From Dimargaris cristalligena (Eukaryota): a stretch of DNA of 38,863 nucleotides. The translations under genes and the position numbers were made by a program. The DNA lies in NCBI GenBank assembly GCA_003614675.1, contig ML002357.1, forward strand, positions 1-38,863, read 5' to 3'. The notes under the pieces are model-generated. The model ran no database searches. It was given only the letters and a program-made list of their open reading frames with translations, and was not told the DNA's origin. Positions 23,401-34,753 of the stretch are shown here, in pieces (positions within the stretch are counted from its first letter, which is position 1; every line of letters begins with the position of its first letter).

Positions 23401-26400
23401 GGTGTATAAATCAGAAAAAGGATAGATACTCCCGTGGTCGTCATTAGTAGGCCGGCTGCGACAACGAAGTCACACTAGGGCAATCCTAACCAATTACTAG
23501 CCTACAGGTACTATACTCGCTCTGGCCCCCAAATGGGGAGGTCTGTCTCTCTCTGTGTGTGTGTGTGAGTGGGTGTCGGTGTGTGTATGGGTACAATAAA
23601 CACAGCCCCCCTCAGCTTATTCGATCATAAATTTGAGTTCAGTTCCCGGCCCTACCCACGTCCCCGAGGCAGGGCCCACCCTCGACATCCAGGAAATAAA
23701 ACACTCCCCGCCTTTGTAACAATACCTCCGATACTAGTTCCTAAACACCAACCACGACCATCGTTCTCTCTCTCACTTGATCGCGGAAGTTATTTAGAGG
23801 GGATGGGTAAGGGGGAGACTGGGTCAATAATACCCAATGCAAATAGGGTCTAATTAAACCGAGGTATAGTGAAGCCCCCGGGGGTTATTGGGGCTAGCGG
23901 AGAAGAAGGGGGAGGGGCAGTGTACGGGAAAGAGTGGATTGTCGTTGAAGAACCGGGCCACGGTGTGGTTGTCGGGAAAATGCGAGGGAAATAATGAGAT
24001 ATTTTATTTTACGAGGGTTTAAGCGGGCGCTGTAGTGCTGCTGCTAACCTGTATGGAGACAGGCCGATAGGCAGGGGGGGCAGGTGACAATATTCTGCAG
24101 TATAAGCCCAGTAAGATGGACCCCGTTCCCGGTATGGCATTTTACACGCCCCAATCAATTACGATATCGGCTTTGTGGTAAGTCGCCCTCACTCACCAAA
24201 GCTTCTGTCTAGAAGTTCCATTGAAGCGATCCTTTTCCCGCCCCGCCCCCCAATATCAGTTTCCTAAGTGAAGTGTGAGTGGTTTCCCTTGGAATTGGGA
24301 CCAGTTGTATAGATATAATAATATATATATATATGAGAGTAGTTCAATAAGGCTGTATAACAAAAAATCCATTTGATGAGGCAAATACTACTGGTTGAAA
24401 TAATTTCTTTTACGTATTCTCCCATTCACGTATTGTGTAAGGCTTTATACAATTGAGCTGAACTTCACCCATATATATATATATATATATATATTGTTAG
24501 GGTTCGGCCACCCGCCCTCGCACACCCCCCTCATTTATATTCCCATGTAAACGACCTGACATACATAAATCTACTACGACAGCCACACCCTAGACACCCG
24601 ATTCCAGCCCGTAACCAGTCCGTTATATTCTGTGCCTATTGTTCCCTTCCATTCTTCTTCCGCTTCCTCGTACCATTAATACACCCTTGTTTGGTCTTGG
24701 CAACCCTACGCCAATCATCATCCCGTTCATTTTCCCCCCCTAACACAGTGAGGTATTTTCACCCACTGTCGTACCACATATCCAAGTTCAATTTTTTTAA
24801 ATCTCCGGGTCTTGGCGTTGGCTCTATTCACTCATGTGATCCTAAAGGTGCTGTGGACCCCGTCGCTGTTTCTCCCCACCCCCAAACAATTACATATATA
24901 TATATATATATATATATAACAATATAACCATAGCACTGCGTCATTTTGATCATTTTACCATTTTTATGGGCGATATTTTGGCATTATTTACCAAATCCTT
25001 TTATATTCCCCTTTTCGCCGCCCCCTGTCGCGCGGCTGTACCTATCTGTTCAGTCCGTTACTGCCTTTATCTGTGTCGCTGCTTAGCCCCATTTTATCAT
25101 TTTTATTTTTATTGGTATTTTTATAATCATTGCTATCGGTACTATTATTTATACTCCTCTGGCCGCCATTTTGTCAACCTGGGTAAAGTAAATTATCGCG
25201 TCATTTTCCTCTACCCATACCGCTACGGGTCTCGTTGGGCAAACTATCTTCTGCACCATACGAACTCCTTCTTCATCCACTGGATCCTTTTCCCTCCCCT
25301 CTGCCCCGCCCATTACTCCCCCCACGCTCTTGAATCGTGGCCATGGTTGATGCAGTATTGCGCCTTGTTTATAATCTATGCAAAACAGGTCCAACGCCCC
25401 TCGCCTACGGTGAAACTGTACTGCCGGACCACGTCGACTGGGAGGCCGCATGGTCTATGTCCCGGGCATTCTCTCAATGTGCCTTGTTCTTATTTTTCCA
25501 AGTGTGGATGGGGCGGAATAAATAGGGGGGGAGGTGTATGTATAGATTTTATAAATAGAGAGAGGGGAAATGGTTCGCTTGGGTCTTTGCTACCAGTCAG
25601 AGAGAGGCGCCCAGGTGGTTGACGGGGACAGTGCCTTCGTCCTACGCCTCCCTCTTCCGACTTTACCCACCCCCTCTCCTCCCCTTCCCCTTCCACTATA
25701 TACTGCAGTTTCGGGAGATCCCGGGACTATCCCATGTACTAGACTAACCTCCCTCTACTTGCTTGACTACACCCACCGCCTTTTATTTAGTCGGGGGCTT
25801 GTTGATTGATTTAGTCTCCGTCTACAGATCCCTTTCCGCCTGGCCTGGGATTGTTGGATTAATTCAACGCTAATGGTTGGTGTCCTCGCATCATTTATAC
25901 TTACCCTAGTCTACCTCTCTATTTGGCCGTATCTTTCTTGAATTGTCCCTTGTAATCCACTAGTTCCCTCCCCCACCCATACCGCCACTCCGCCTTCCCT
26001 GCCTCCGTCCAGTCTTACGCACAACAAGCGCCTGTAATATCCATCATTGCGTTTTTCATCAGCCCATCATCCCTCGATCTACCCCAACCCTGAGCCATTT
26101 TTTTTAGTACACTCGTTAGAATTGATTGCCTAGCCAATACTTAGTTTACCGTTTTGGAAGTAGTGACCTCTCAGGTTATCGTCGCCGCCAGCAACTTTAA
26201 TCTCCAACGACAACCACACTATTATTTCACATATTAGGCTATTATTTTAGACAGCCAATCAATTTTATCCGGGCCTAAAATCTCCGTTTAACGTCGTGGA
26301 CCACCCATAGTAACTATTAGATTCCATTGGCCTTCCAATAGACGGCTATATACTCTCCCTTTTCTTTTGGCTATTGCTTGGCCCGTGTAGATGCCTATTA

Positions 26401-26460
26401 ACCCGTGATTTTCATTTTATATATACGCACTCGCCTCCTTCTCTGGGGCTACTTTACACT

Positions 26461-26480
26461 TACTTACTTACTTACTTACT
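26461..26480 (+). repeat. (TACT)5 microsatellite
   Basis: tacttacttacttacttact read directly. Confidence 0.9.
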
Positions 26481-27001
26481 ACAGCGCCCGCCTCCCAGAT
26501 TATTGGCATTGTATTGTTGTATATACCAACAATTTCCCCGCCCTTCTTAGCCTATAACCAGCCAGGGTTGACCCACACACCTCAGCATTTCCATTTCCCC
26601 CTGACTTATATCATCCATTATCGGCTATACGTATTCCCCGCTCTCTCTCTCCCCCTTTGTATTCACCACCAACCATCTCACATCTTTGGTTAACACCTGC
26701 AATTCGTTCTCCTCTCAGCCTGCCCCAAGTCCTTTTCACCCGACTTAACATCTGAGCACTTTCCTGTATTACAGAGGAGTGTACGTTGTATGTGTTGTGT
26801 TCGTCATTGATTAATTCCAACATTTTTGGATGTTATAATCACCATTGTTTATAAGTACTCTATACTGTGTAACCTATATAGAAGAGTCCCGGTGTGCCTT
26901 TTTAGCCCATTGGACATATCCACATACTTTTGCTCCTTTTTTGTTACATACACTCTCTTTTTTGGACACTACTATTATACTTATTGTATATTTGGTTGGG
27001 A

Positions 27002-29636
27002 ATGGCATCAGGATCCCAACAGCCCAACATTTACCAAAACCGGAGTCCCCATTCGCTGCACGCTCTCATGGACGACAGTCCGTCACCCCCGTTGGCCCCC
27101 ACCGCCATCACTACGTTGACGGCCTCCTCCCCTACCCCCACTCCCACCGAGGCCACCATGACCGCGGAAGTGATCATGTCGGGCGGCCATAGTGGCAGTG
27201 GCAGTGGTCAACACATGCCCATGGATCGCTCACCAGCCGTTTTGCCTTCGTCCCCACCGGCCTTTGTTCTTTCCACCAGTACGGGCCAAGGCAGGGGGTG
27301 TAGTAATAGTAATAGTGGTAGTGGTCCTTCTCTAGAGACTTCTCCCACTGCGTATCACTCGTATACTCAGCACTCCCACCAACACCAACCCCATGCTTCG
27401 CACTCGCACCGGTATTCTTCTAACCCTTCGTCGTCTTCCCATCATTATCATTCTCAGCAACAGCATGGTCACCCGCACTCGCACCAGCAGCAACAGCAAC
27501 CATATCATCATCCCCCTCGGGCCCAATCGACGAGCCCCTATTCTATCCCGGTGAGTACGACGTCGCCATCATCGGGCCCCACCATGTACTCAGCAAACAG
27601 TGGTGGTGGTGGTAGTAGTAGTATTAGTGGTCCGTTACCTTCACTATCAACTCGTAATTTGACCGTTCCTTTGCCTACCGCTATGCGGCAAGGGAGTTCA
27701 AGCCCTCTTTCGGGGGTTCGTATGCAATACCGTTATTTGGGCCGGAGCGGACTGAAAGTTTCCGCGATTGGCCTTGGCAGTTGGTAAGTCACAATTCCTG
27801 GTCTAATTGGGTGATTTGATTACGGGGGAAGTGTTCCCTTCACCCACTCAACTCTCGGACAGTTATCATATGATATATATATATATATATATAGATAGAT
27901 AGATATGTTCTTAGAATGGGATAAGGAGGGTCGATTGTAAATGGGGAGGAGAGGAGCCTCTGTATAAGGGGACCATAGTGTCTGTATATTACCGTCTGGC
28001 CGCGCCATGCTCCCTCCAACACGCCCTATGTTCACTCCAAACGGGTAATTATAGGGCCCGGGTCTTTTTATTTGATTTTATTGGGGATCGTCATGAGTTA
28101 CAACTGTCAGTAGATTATACGGCTCAATATTGCACCGATTGGTTCGGGTGAGATATGGGGAGGGACGACTTTATCTTTTCCTCACTCTTGGTAGTGTGTT
28201 TACCCTTCCCCTGCTCGCGACCAACTAAACGCGCCATGCCTCTAAGGAGAGCCGGGCCAATATAGTCAGAGCCAACCCTGATAAAGGCCCCGTTGGATAA
28301 TAGAGCGTCGATCGAGCGGGGATTATCCCTTCTCCTCCTTCTCATTCCCTCCTTCAGTTTACCGGTTGACTTAATTATCAGGTATTACTTGAAGCAGGGG
28401 AGGAAGCGCCACTTTGTTCCTCATCTGAGTAGTACTATGCCTCGATTTATGAGATATATTTGCGGGAGCAGTTGGATAATTGGCATGGCGCTACGAGAGG
28501 ATATTGTTTCTTCCCCGCCCCACCCCATCATACCACACGTGTACTTTCTTGGATTACTAATGCATCTGTCGGTTGTTCTAACTAGCTAATGCTATAATGG
28601 CGGTGCGCCTATTATTTTATCCCTTCTAACCACCTTCTCTTTCGTCCCTGGCGCTAAACATTGGATAATACGTACTCCGGACCAAACTTTATAGGCTGAC
28701 CTATGGGGCACAAGTATCACCAGGTAAGCTACGTTGATTTGATAGAGACATGCCCCGGCGAAATATAGAACTACGAGGGAATAACAATCCCTTGGGGGGA
28801 AACTTCGGACATCATTGGCTGGGTAGAGGAAAGGGGAGAAGAGAAGAGAAGAGGAGAGGAGAGGAGAGGAGAGGAGAGGAGAGGAGAGGAGAGTATTCGT
28901 GCATCATGGGGCACCACTACCCATAGCACCGCTCTCCTTGCTTCAACACCGCCATCCCTGAGTGCCCGATTTGGGTGCTTTTTCCGACTGTATCCCCCCT
29001 CCTTCATTAGATATATATATATATCACCTGGTACGAACATTCCGAATTAACGCGCCTCCTTCCCTATGACCCATCCTTCCCCTTGCAGAAATCACGCTAC
29101 AATGCCTTAGCACAGCTCGGCAGTTGGGAATTAATTACTTCGATACGGCCGAAATATATGCGAGTAAGTGGAATGGAGGAATCCATCAAGACATGTATAT
29201 ACTATATATGTAAAGAAGGGTATTGTTGACTTGGACCCTAATTTAAGCAAATCGGATGTATTCATTCAAATGTATATATATCGTGTAATGTAGAGGTGTG
29301 TCACGGACTGGACTAACTGAATACCAATATACGGACTATACCAACATCCACCTCTTACTGACCACAATCGGTTGATTTAACCCCAAATTATTAGATGGCC
29401 AATGCGAATCAGTGTTAGGCCACGCCATCAAAAACCTCAACTGGAGTCGCTCCGATTTTGTTATCAGTACTAAAATTTTCTGGGGGGGCAATGGTAAGTA
29501 ATATCATCGTAGCCATTTAATCTAAATCATTGGCCCAAATCCGACCTGTCTGTTTGACTGAGAGTGATATTTATTACTCGTTACTTCTTGACCAACTCTA
29601 GGTTAACGCTAAGGGTATACTAAAACCCAATGCCTT

Positions 29637-29668
<32 letters not shown>

Positions 29669-30447
29669 ATATTTGACTGGCCCCCCACTACACTGCAGGA
29701 CCCAACGAACGGGGACTGTCCCGCAAACATATCGTCGAAGGGCTGCGGGGCTCGCTACAGCGGCTACAGCTCGAGTACGTGGATATTGTCATTGCCCACC
29801 GCCCCGATCCGGATACACCGATGGAAGAGATCGTGCGGGCGTTTGATTTTGTGATTAACCGGGGCCACGCGCTGTACTGGGGCACCAGCGAATGGAGCAG
29901 CCAACAGGTGACGCACGCGATGCTCCTGGCGGACCGCCTGGGGCTGATCCGACCGGTCCTGGAACAACCACAATACAACATGTTGAACCGTGACCGGGTA
30001 GAAGCGGAATACGGACCAATGTGCCGGGAATTTGGGCTCGGGCTTACGACGTGGAGTCCCCTCCTGTCCGGGGTCCTCACGGGCAAATATTTGACGGGCA
30101 TCCACGACGGTACCCGGCTGAGTTTACCGAGTCACGTCATTGTGAACCGTATCCGCCATAAACTGATCGCGACCCCCGAGGGCCAAACCACGCACGACAA
30201 AGTACGCCGCATCGTGGCGATTGCCGAACAAATCGGGTGTACCCCCGCGCAACTGGCCATTGCGTGGTGTCTGCGTAACCGCGCGGTGAGTTCCGTGCTC
30301 ATGGGAGCCACGAACCCCCAGCAAATCGAAGAAAATGTGGGGGCCCTGCAGATCGCCGCCGGTCGGATGAACGGGGAATGGGACGCCGTGCTGGAGGAAG
30401 TGCTGGCAAATAAACCGGAACCCCGCTTCAATTACCGCGACGCTTAG
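27002..30447 (+). CDS. voltage-gated K+ channel beta subunit-like aldo-keto reductase (AKR6/Kv-beta family); join(27002..27783,28695..28723,29089..29163,29395..29493,29699..30447), 577 aa
   Basis: Splicing at GTAAGT/GTAAGC donors and YAG acceptors rebuilds an uninterrupted frame: MQYRYLGRSGLKVSAIGLGSW-LTYGAQVSPE-ITLQCL...GINYFDTAEIYAN-GQCE...[26 protein letters not shown]...YVDIVIAHRPD...YWGTSEW...EQPQYNM...WSPL. Exon lengths sum to 1734 nt, a multiple of 3. Confidence 0.93.
28695..28723 (+). CDS. exon 2 (29-nt microexon) of the Kv-beta/AKR gene
   Basis: TTTATAG|GCTGACCTATGGGGCACAAGTATCACCAG|GTAAGC encodes (W)LTYGAQVSP(E), the conserved segment after GLGxW. Confidence 0.9.
28836..28892 (+). 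repeat. polypurine pentanucleotide repeat (GAGAA)3(GAGGA)8 in intron 2
   Basis: Read directly. Confidence 0.9.
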
Positions 30448-31613
30448 AAAGAGAGAGAGGGAGAGCGTGACATTTCTCCTTATTTTTATTATATCTATAA
30501 CATAGATATAGTAATAGGGGGCTTGTTCCCTCGCACCCCATTCTCCCTCTCTAAAAAAGATTTCCCTTTATTCGGGCGTTGTGCCACTTTGATGACTAGG
30601 GAGGCGTGTGAGATGATGCGAAGGGGAAAGTCGGGTGGCAATTGATATAGAAGAGACTACTTTACCACATGTTACTCGCCCAAATCCACCCTACACCACT
30701 TCTCCTATTTCCTCACCTCCCTCCACCCTCAAGTACCCGCATGAGCCGGCGACCGTCTTGTTTGGAAACTGGAAGGGGAGACCCACACCGTCTCCCATTT
30801 TGTACCAATAGTTACTTTTAAAATTCCACACACACGCCACCAAATTTACCTTTCGTGTTATACCACTAGGTGATTATTCCTTTTTAACCACCGGGCTATA
30901 AATGGATATCAACACACTATGTATCACTTAGCACATTTCGCTTTATGGTGTTTTTTTATTCAGCTATATTTCCCGTTGGTATTGTTGCTGTAAGGGGAAT
31001 GCAATACCTTATACCATTGCCTAATATACATAGCATCTACCCCGACGCGTCTACAGTGAACACTGGGGTTATTCGATGGTTAATTAATAAGGTTTAGTTA
31101 GGGCAACTCCGTTTGGTCCTAATGTAAGATGATTTTAAAGGAAGTGTGCTTAAGTAAACTAACTGGAATCCCGTGCCCTCAATCATCGGTAAACTACTAC
31201 TAATATGTATGCGCTTGGCTAACATAATCCAAAACTTTCCTTCCTATTCCAAGAACACGGTGATTGCCACGCATCTAATTTTTTCGGGTATTCGTTTAAA
31301 ATATATTATACCTTTAACTTAAAAAGCCCCATCGGGAGAAACGTCGCTTGGAAAACTGGTCTTCCTTGCAGCATCCCAACCTGCATTTCTATTGCAAAGA
31401 GAGAATGCGTCAAATAAAGGATGCATTTTGCCGCGCGGTACTTCACCCTCCTTGTTTTATATAAATATATATATTTTTAGGTATTTACAGCCGCTAGCCA
31501 TTGCTGGTTTCAGATGGGTCGGTAAAAAATGGAACAACAAAGAAGTCGCATTAAGGCAATTGTTTGGCAGGAAGTATCAAAGTGATTACCATGCATCCAA
31601 CCCACATCTCCTA

Positions 31614-31615
<2 letters not shown>

Positions 31616-31649
<34 letters not shown>
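31616..31649 (+). repeat. (TA)17 microsatellite, the longest of many (TA)n tracts (others near 9642, 12800, 21407, 24471, 24894, 27873, 37575)
   Basis: Read directly. Confidence 0.95.
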
Positions 31650-31652
<3 letters not shown>

Positions 31653-33345
31653 GATATATAAGCTCTTTGCCTTTTTCTTTATTTACCGAATCACTTCAAT
31701 ATAAATTTGCTGACTTGCTAGTAGTGTGAATGAGAAACGGAGATGGGAAAGAGGGAAAGGAAGGTGTGCACCATCGGAATCTGAACCCCTATTTAAATCC
31801 ACTATTATTTACCCTCAAAGTATTATTATCTCACTCCCCGTGTTCTCTTACTTAGTGTCAGTCAGTCTGAGTTACTCACCAATGTGCAAAGTCCGACTGA
31901 GTCAGGGGACGCCGGGAAATGAATCAGCCATATATACACGAATATATATATTTATATATAGTAGAGATAAAGGAGGGTGGAGAGAATGGGAAATAAATGA
32001 ACTATACAGACTCGGTGACAATCACAATCACAAACGACCCGATTAAGATGCTAATATGAAACGAGGCGTATAGAGCGAGGTGATGAGGATAAGTGGTGGC
32101 CAAGTAGGGGCTAATCGGGGGTTTTTTAAGAAAAGATGTGTGTGTGTGTGTAGTAAAAGGGAGGAGGGTTAGAGGGAAAAGCTATCCATCGATTCCAGAG
32201 CCTCTCCTTTGATATTAACACTATATAATCGCTTGCCCTATGTATCCTGTTGTAACAGGCGAAATACTATCGCTATCATTTGTGCATTATATATAAATGA
32301 TGAAAGAGGTGGGGGAGGGGATAAAGAGGGAAAGGGTATTTATAATCTGGGAAACATACCCTTCCATTTTCTGGTGGTGTTTTCTCGTAATTCGGGGATT
32401 AATCGGAACCTCCAGCGTAATCGACAGGTTTGGAGGAGGATCTGCCCCCCCTATGCACCGCACACATGATACACTTACTCCCCCCACTTGTCACTAATAA
32501 TCAATTCGGTGCGGGGACATGCGAAATGCCATGCAAGAGTAGAGTAGAGAGGAGGGGCTCACTTCAATAGAACAGTGGGCTACCCCACCCCACTCCAACA
32601 AGGAACTGCCTAAACTATCCTGGGCTGGAAGCTAATGCGCCGAGGAATTCTGGACTAACCCTTTAAATCACTTTTATTCCGACCAAATTGTTCCTCAATG
32701 GTATACTCATGAAACTTTAAAATCGGTTTTATCAAGGTATTCTTTAACCGGGGTGAGAAAGTTATTCTGAGAATAAACACTAATGTAAGAGAAATAGTAA
32801 GGCAAGAAAAATAAGGGGGGTGGTATACACTGTGGGGAGATAAACGAAGGCTGGACAACAACCCTGAGAGTAACATAAAAAATAAGAAGAGCCTTTAACC
32901 CACTTTTCAATGCATACGCAATGGAGCACATACACAAAAATACGATTAAATGAGTAAGTGAGAGGGGGCACCCCGTGGTATATATTTAGATATATGTATG
33001 TATATAAAAGAGAGGGGCCAAAAATCTCTATATAGAGTCAAAAATGAAATAAGAGCTAGACGTACACATTATCAATGGATTTTTTCTCCAAGTAGAACAC
33101 ACAAAAGTTTGTAAACAAGAGCGAAAACAAAAAGGGGGATGCGGAAATGTAAAAAAAATGGAAATGAAATGGAAAGCAAATAATAAGAAAATAACCATTA
33201 ACCCTGGGGGGCTACACTACTACCGAGCCGCGCGGGGCATTGGAATGAGGGAACTGACTACCAAAATAATAGACAAAAACTAGAAAGAGCAAGGGGAGCG
33301 AGAGGCACAAGAAAGGGCAGCTCTCCCTAAAAAGAATACTATAGA

Positions 33346-34236
33346 TTAACAGTACATTTGAGAAGTGGGCGGCTGGTGATGCATGTAATGATGGTACGTA
33401 TTACCCTGAGCGGGGGAGGTATAGGTGTTAGTATACAGTGGGGGGAAGTAAGAGGAGGGAGGCGAGGCCTGCTGCTGTTGGGACAGGGGACGAGGGCCAC
33501 CCGGGAGGTGAGCGCCGGGTTGCTGTTGCTGCATGGTATGGTGGAGATGCTTGTTAGGATGGGAAGACAGACCGGGGGGAGGCAGGCGCTGGTAGACATT
33601 GGGAGGGGTCTTGGGCGACGACACGGTGGAGGAAGTGGGTGACGAAGCATCATCCGAAGGGGAGACGGAGCCCATGGAGCGCTGGGGGGACGGGGTCATC
33701 ATACGACGACCACCCATGGAGACAGCAGTGGCGGTTGAAGACAGCGAGTTCGAGTGGGGGCGACCGCCATGGCCGGCCGACGACGCGGGTGGCGGGGCGC
33801 GGATAAGCACGGGAGTGGGCGAGGCGTTGGAGATACAAAAGTCGGCAGTGGACTTCAAGCCGAGGGCCTGGTGCTGGGACTTGTCTTCGTACAGGGCAAA
33901 CACGGCGCTATTGTCACGGATGCGGTAGGACACGGAGTAGGGGTCGATCCATAGAACCAGGTCGCGCGGTAGGTAGGTAGCCAACACGTGCATGGACAGA
34001 CCAGCCTCTTCGGCGGCGGCCACTAGGGTACGGTCCAGCCGACCAGCGAACGTGGTGACGGCACGGTAGGCGTTGCCGGCAAAGGGGTTGGTCACGTTCC
34101 AGTGGGCTTGGAAGCGCTGGGAGAGCAGGCGGGTAAGAGCATCTTTCCAGCCCTCGCGCAGTTCTGGGGGAACGGCGGCAGATTCGGGAATGAGACGACC
34201 CAGGAAATCGACGGCGTAGGATATTTCTGTTAGCAT
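33346..34236 (-). CDS. BTG/Tob (anti-proliferative protein) family protein, 296 aa, intronless
   Basis: N-terminal BTG domain: MLTEISYAVDFL, Box A-like RFQAHWNVTNPFAGNAYRAV, LDRTLVAAAEEAGL, Box B-like LPRDLVLWIDPYSVSYRI. Low-complexity S/P/Q/H C-terminal tail. ACCACCATG start context. Confidence 0.93.
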   Translation of the reverse strand: MLTEISYAVDFLGRLIPESAAVPPELREGWKDALTRLLSQRFQAHWNVTNPFAGNAYRAVTTFAGRLDRTLVAAAEEAGLSMHVLATYLPRDLVLWIDPYSVSYRIRDNSAVFALYEDKSQHQALGLKSTADFCISNASPTPVLIRAPPPASSAGHGGRPHSNSLSSTATAVSMGGRRMMTPSPQRSMGSVSPSDDASSPTSSTVSSPKTPPNVYQRLPPPGLSSHPNKHLHHTMQQQQPGAHLPGGPRPLSQQQQASPPSSYFPPLYTNTYTSPAQGNTYHHYMHHQPPTSQMYC

Positions 34237-34546
34237 GGTGGTGAGACGGGAGGTGGTTGTTGATGGCGGAGAGTTGGGGAAGAGACGAGAATACAGAGTA
34301 GTTCAGTTCAACGCCTGGTAGTGTTATAGTGAAGAGGAGGGAGGGGTTTCAGGGCAGTATTTAAGTGAGGACAGGGGAGTTGGAGGACCTGAAGCGGGAT
34401 AAAAATAGAGGGGCGCGGGTGAATATGGGGGGAGAAACAACCACTACAAAACAGGAAAGGCCAGTTAAAAGTAAAGGAGGCTCGAGGACGCGGGCGAAAT
34501 GGTCTGGGAACAAGTGTGTCCGAATATTGAACAAAAGAGGTGAAAG

Positions 34547-34620
34547 AAGGAAGGAAGGAAGGAAAGAAAGGAAGGAAAGGGAGAGAAGAGAGAAGGAGGG
34601 AGGAAGGAAGGAAGGAAAAG
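34547..34620 (+). repeat. (GGAA)n-like polypurine tract (pyrimidine tract in the BTG 5' leader)
   Basis: Imperfect AAGG/GGAA repeats read directly. Confidence 0.8.
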
Positions 34621-34746
34621 GGGACGAAGGACAGGAAAGTATATGCGAATAAAAGTAGTGGTGGTTAGGGTTAGTTATAGAATAGGAGGAGGGAAAGCAG
34701 CAGCAGCAGTAGTGGCGCGTGCCGAGAGGAGGCTGTCGGCGGGGCA

Positions 34747-34753
34747 TTTTATA
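34747..34753 (-). promoter_or_regulatory. candidate TATA box of the BTG/Tob gene
   Basis: TATAAAA on the minus strand immediately upstream of a ~480-nt pyrimidine-rich leader leading to the ATG at 34236. Confidence 0.4.

Noticed and set aside
24966..25622. 218-aa ORF rich in Y/F/C
   Set aside because: Composition follows TAT/TTT low-complexity DNA with no coding codon bias; likely UTR or intergenic.
26930..27001. Hydrophobic N-terminus of ORF 26930 that looks like a signal peptide
   Set aside because: Non-ATG start in T-rich UTR; the first ATG is at 27002.
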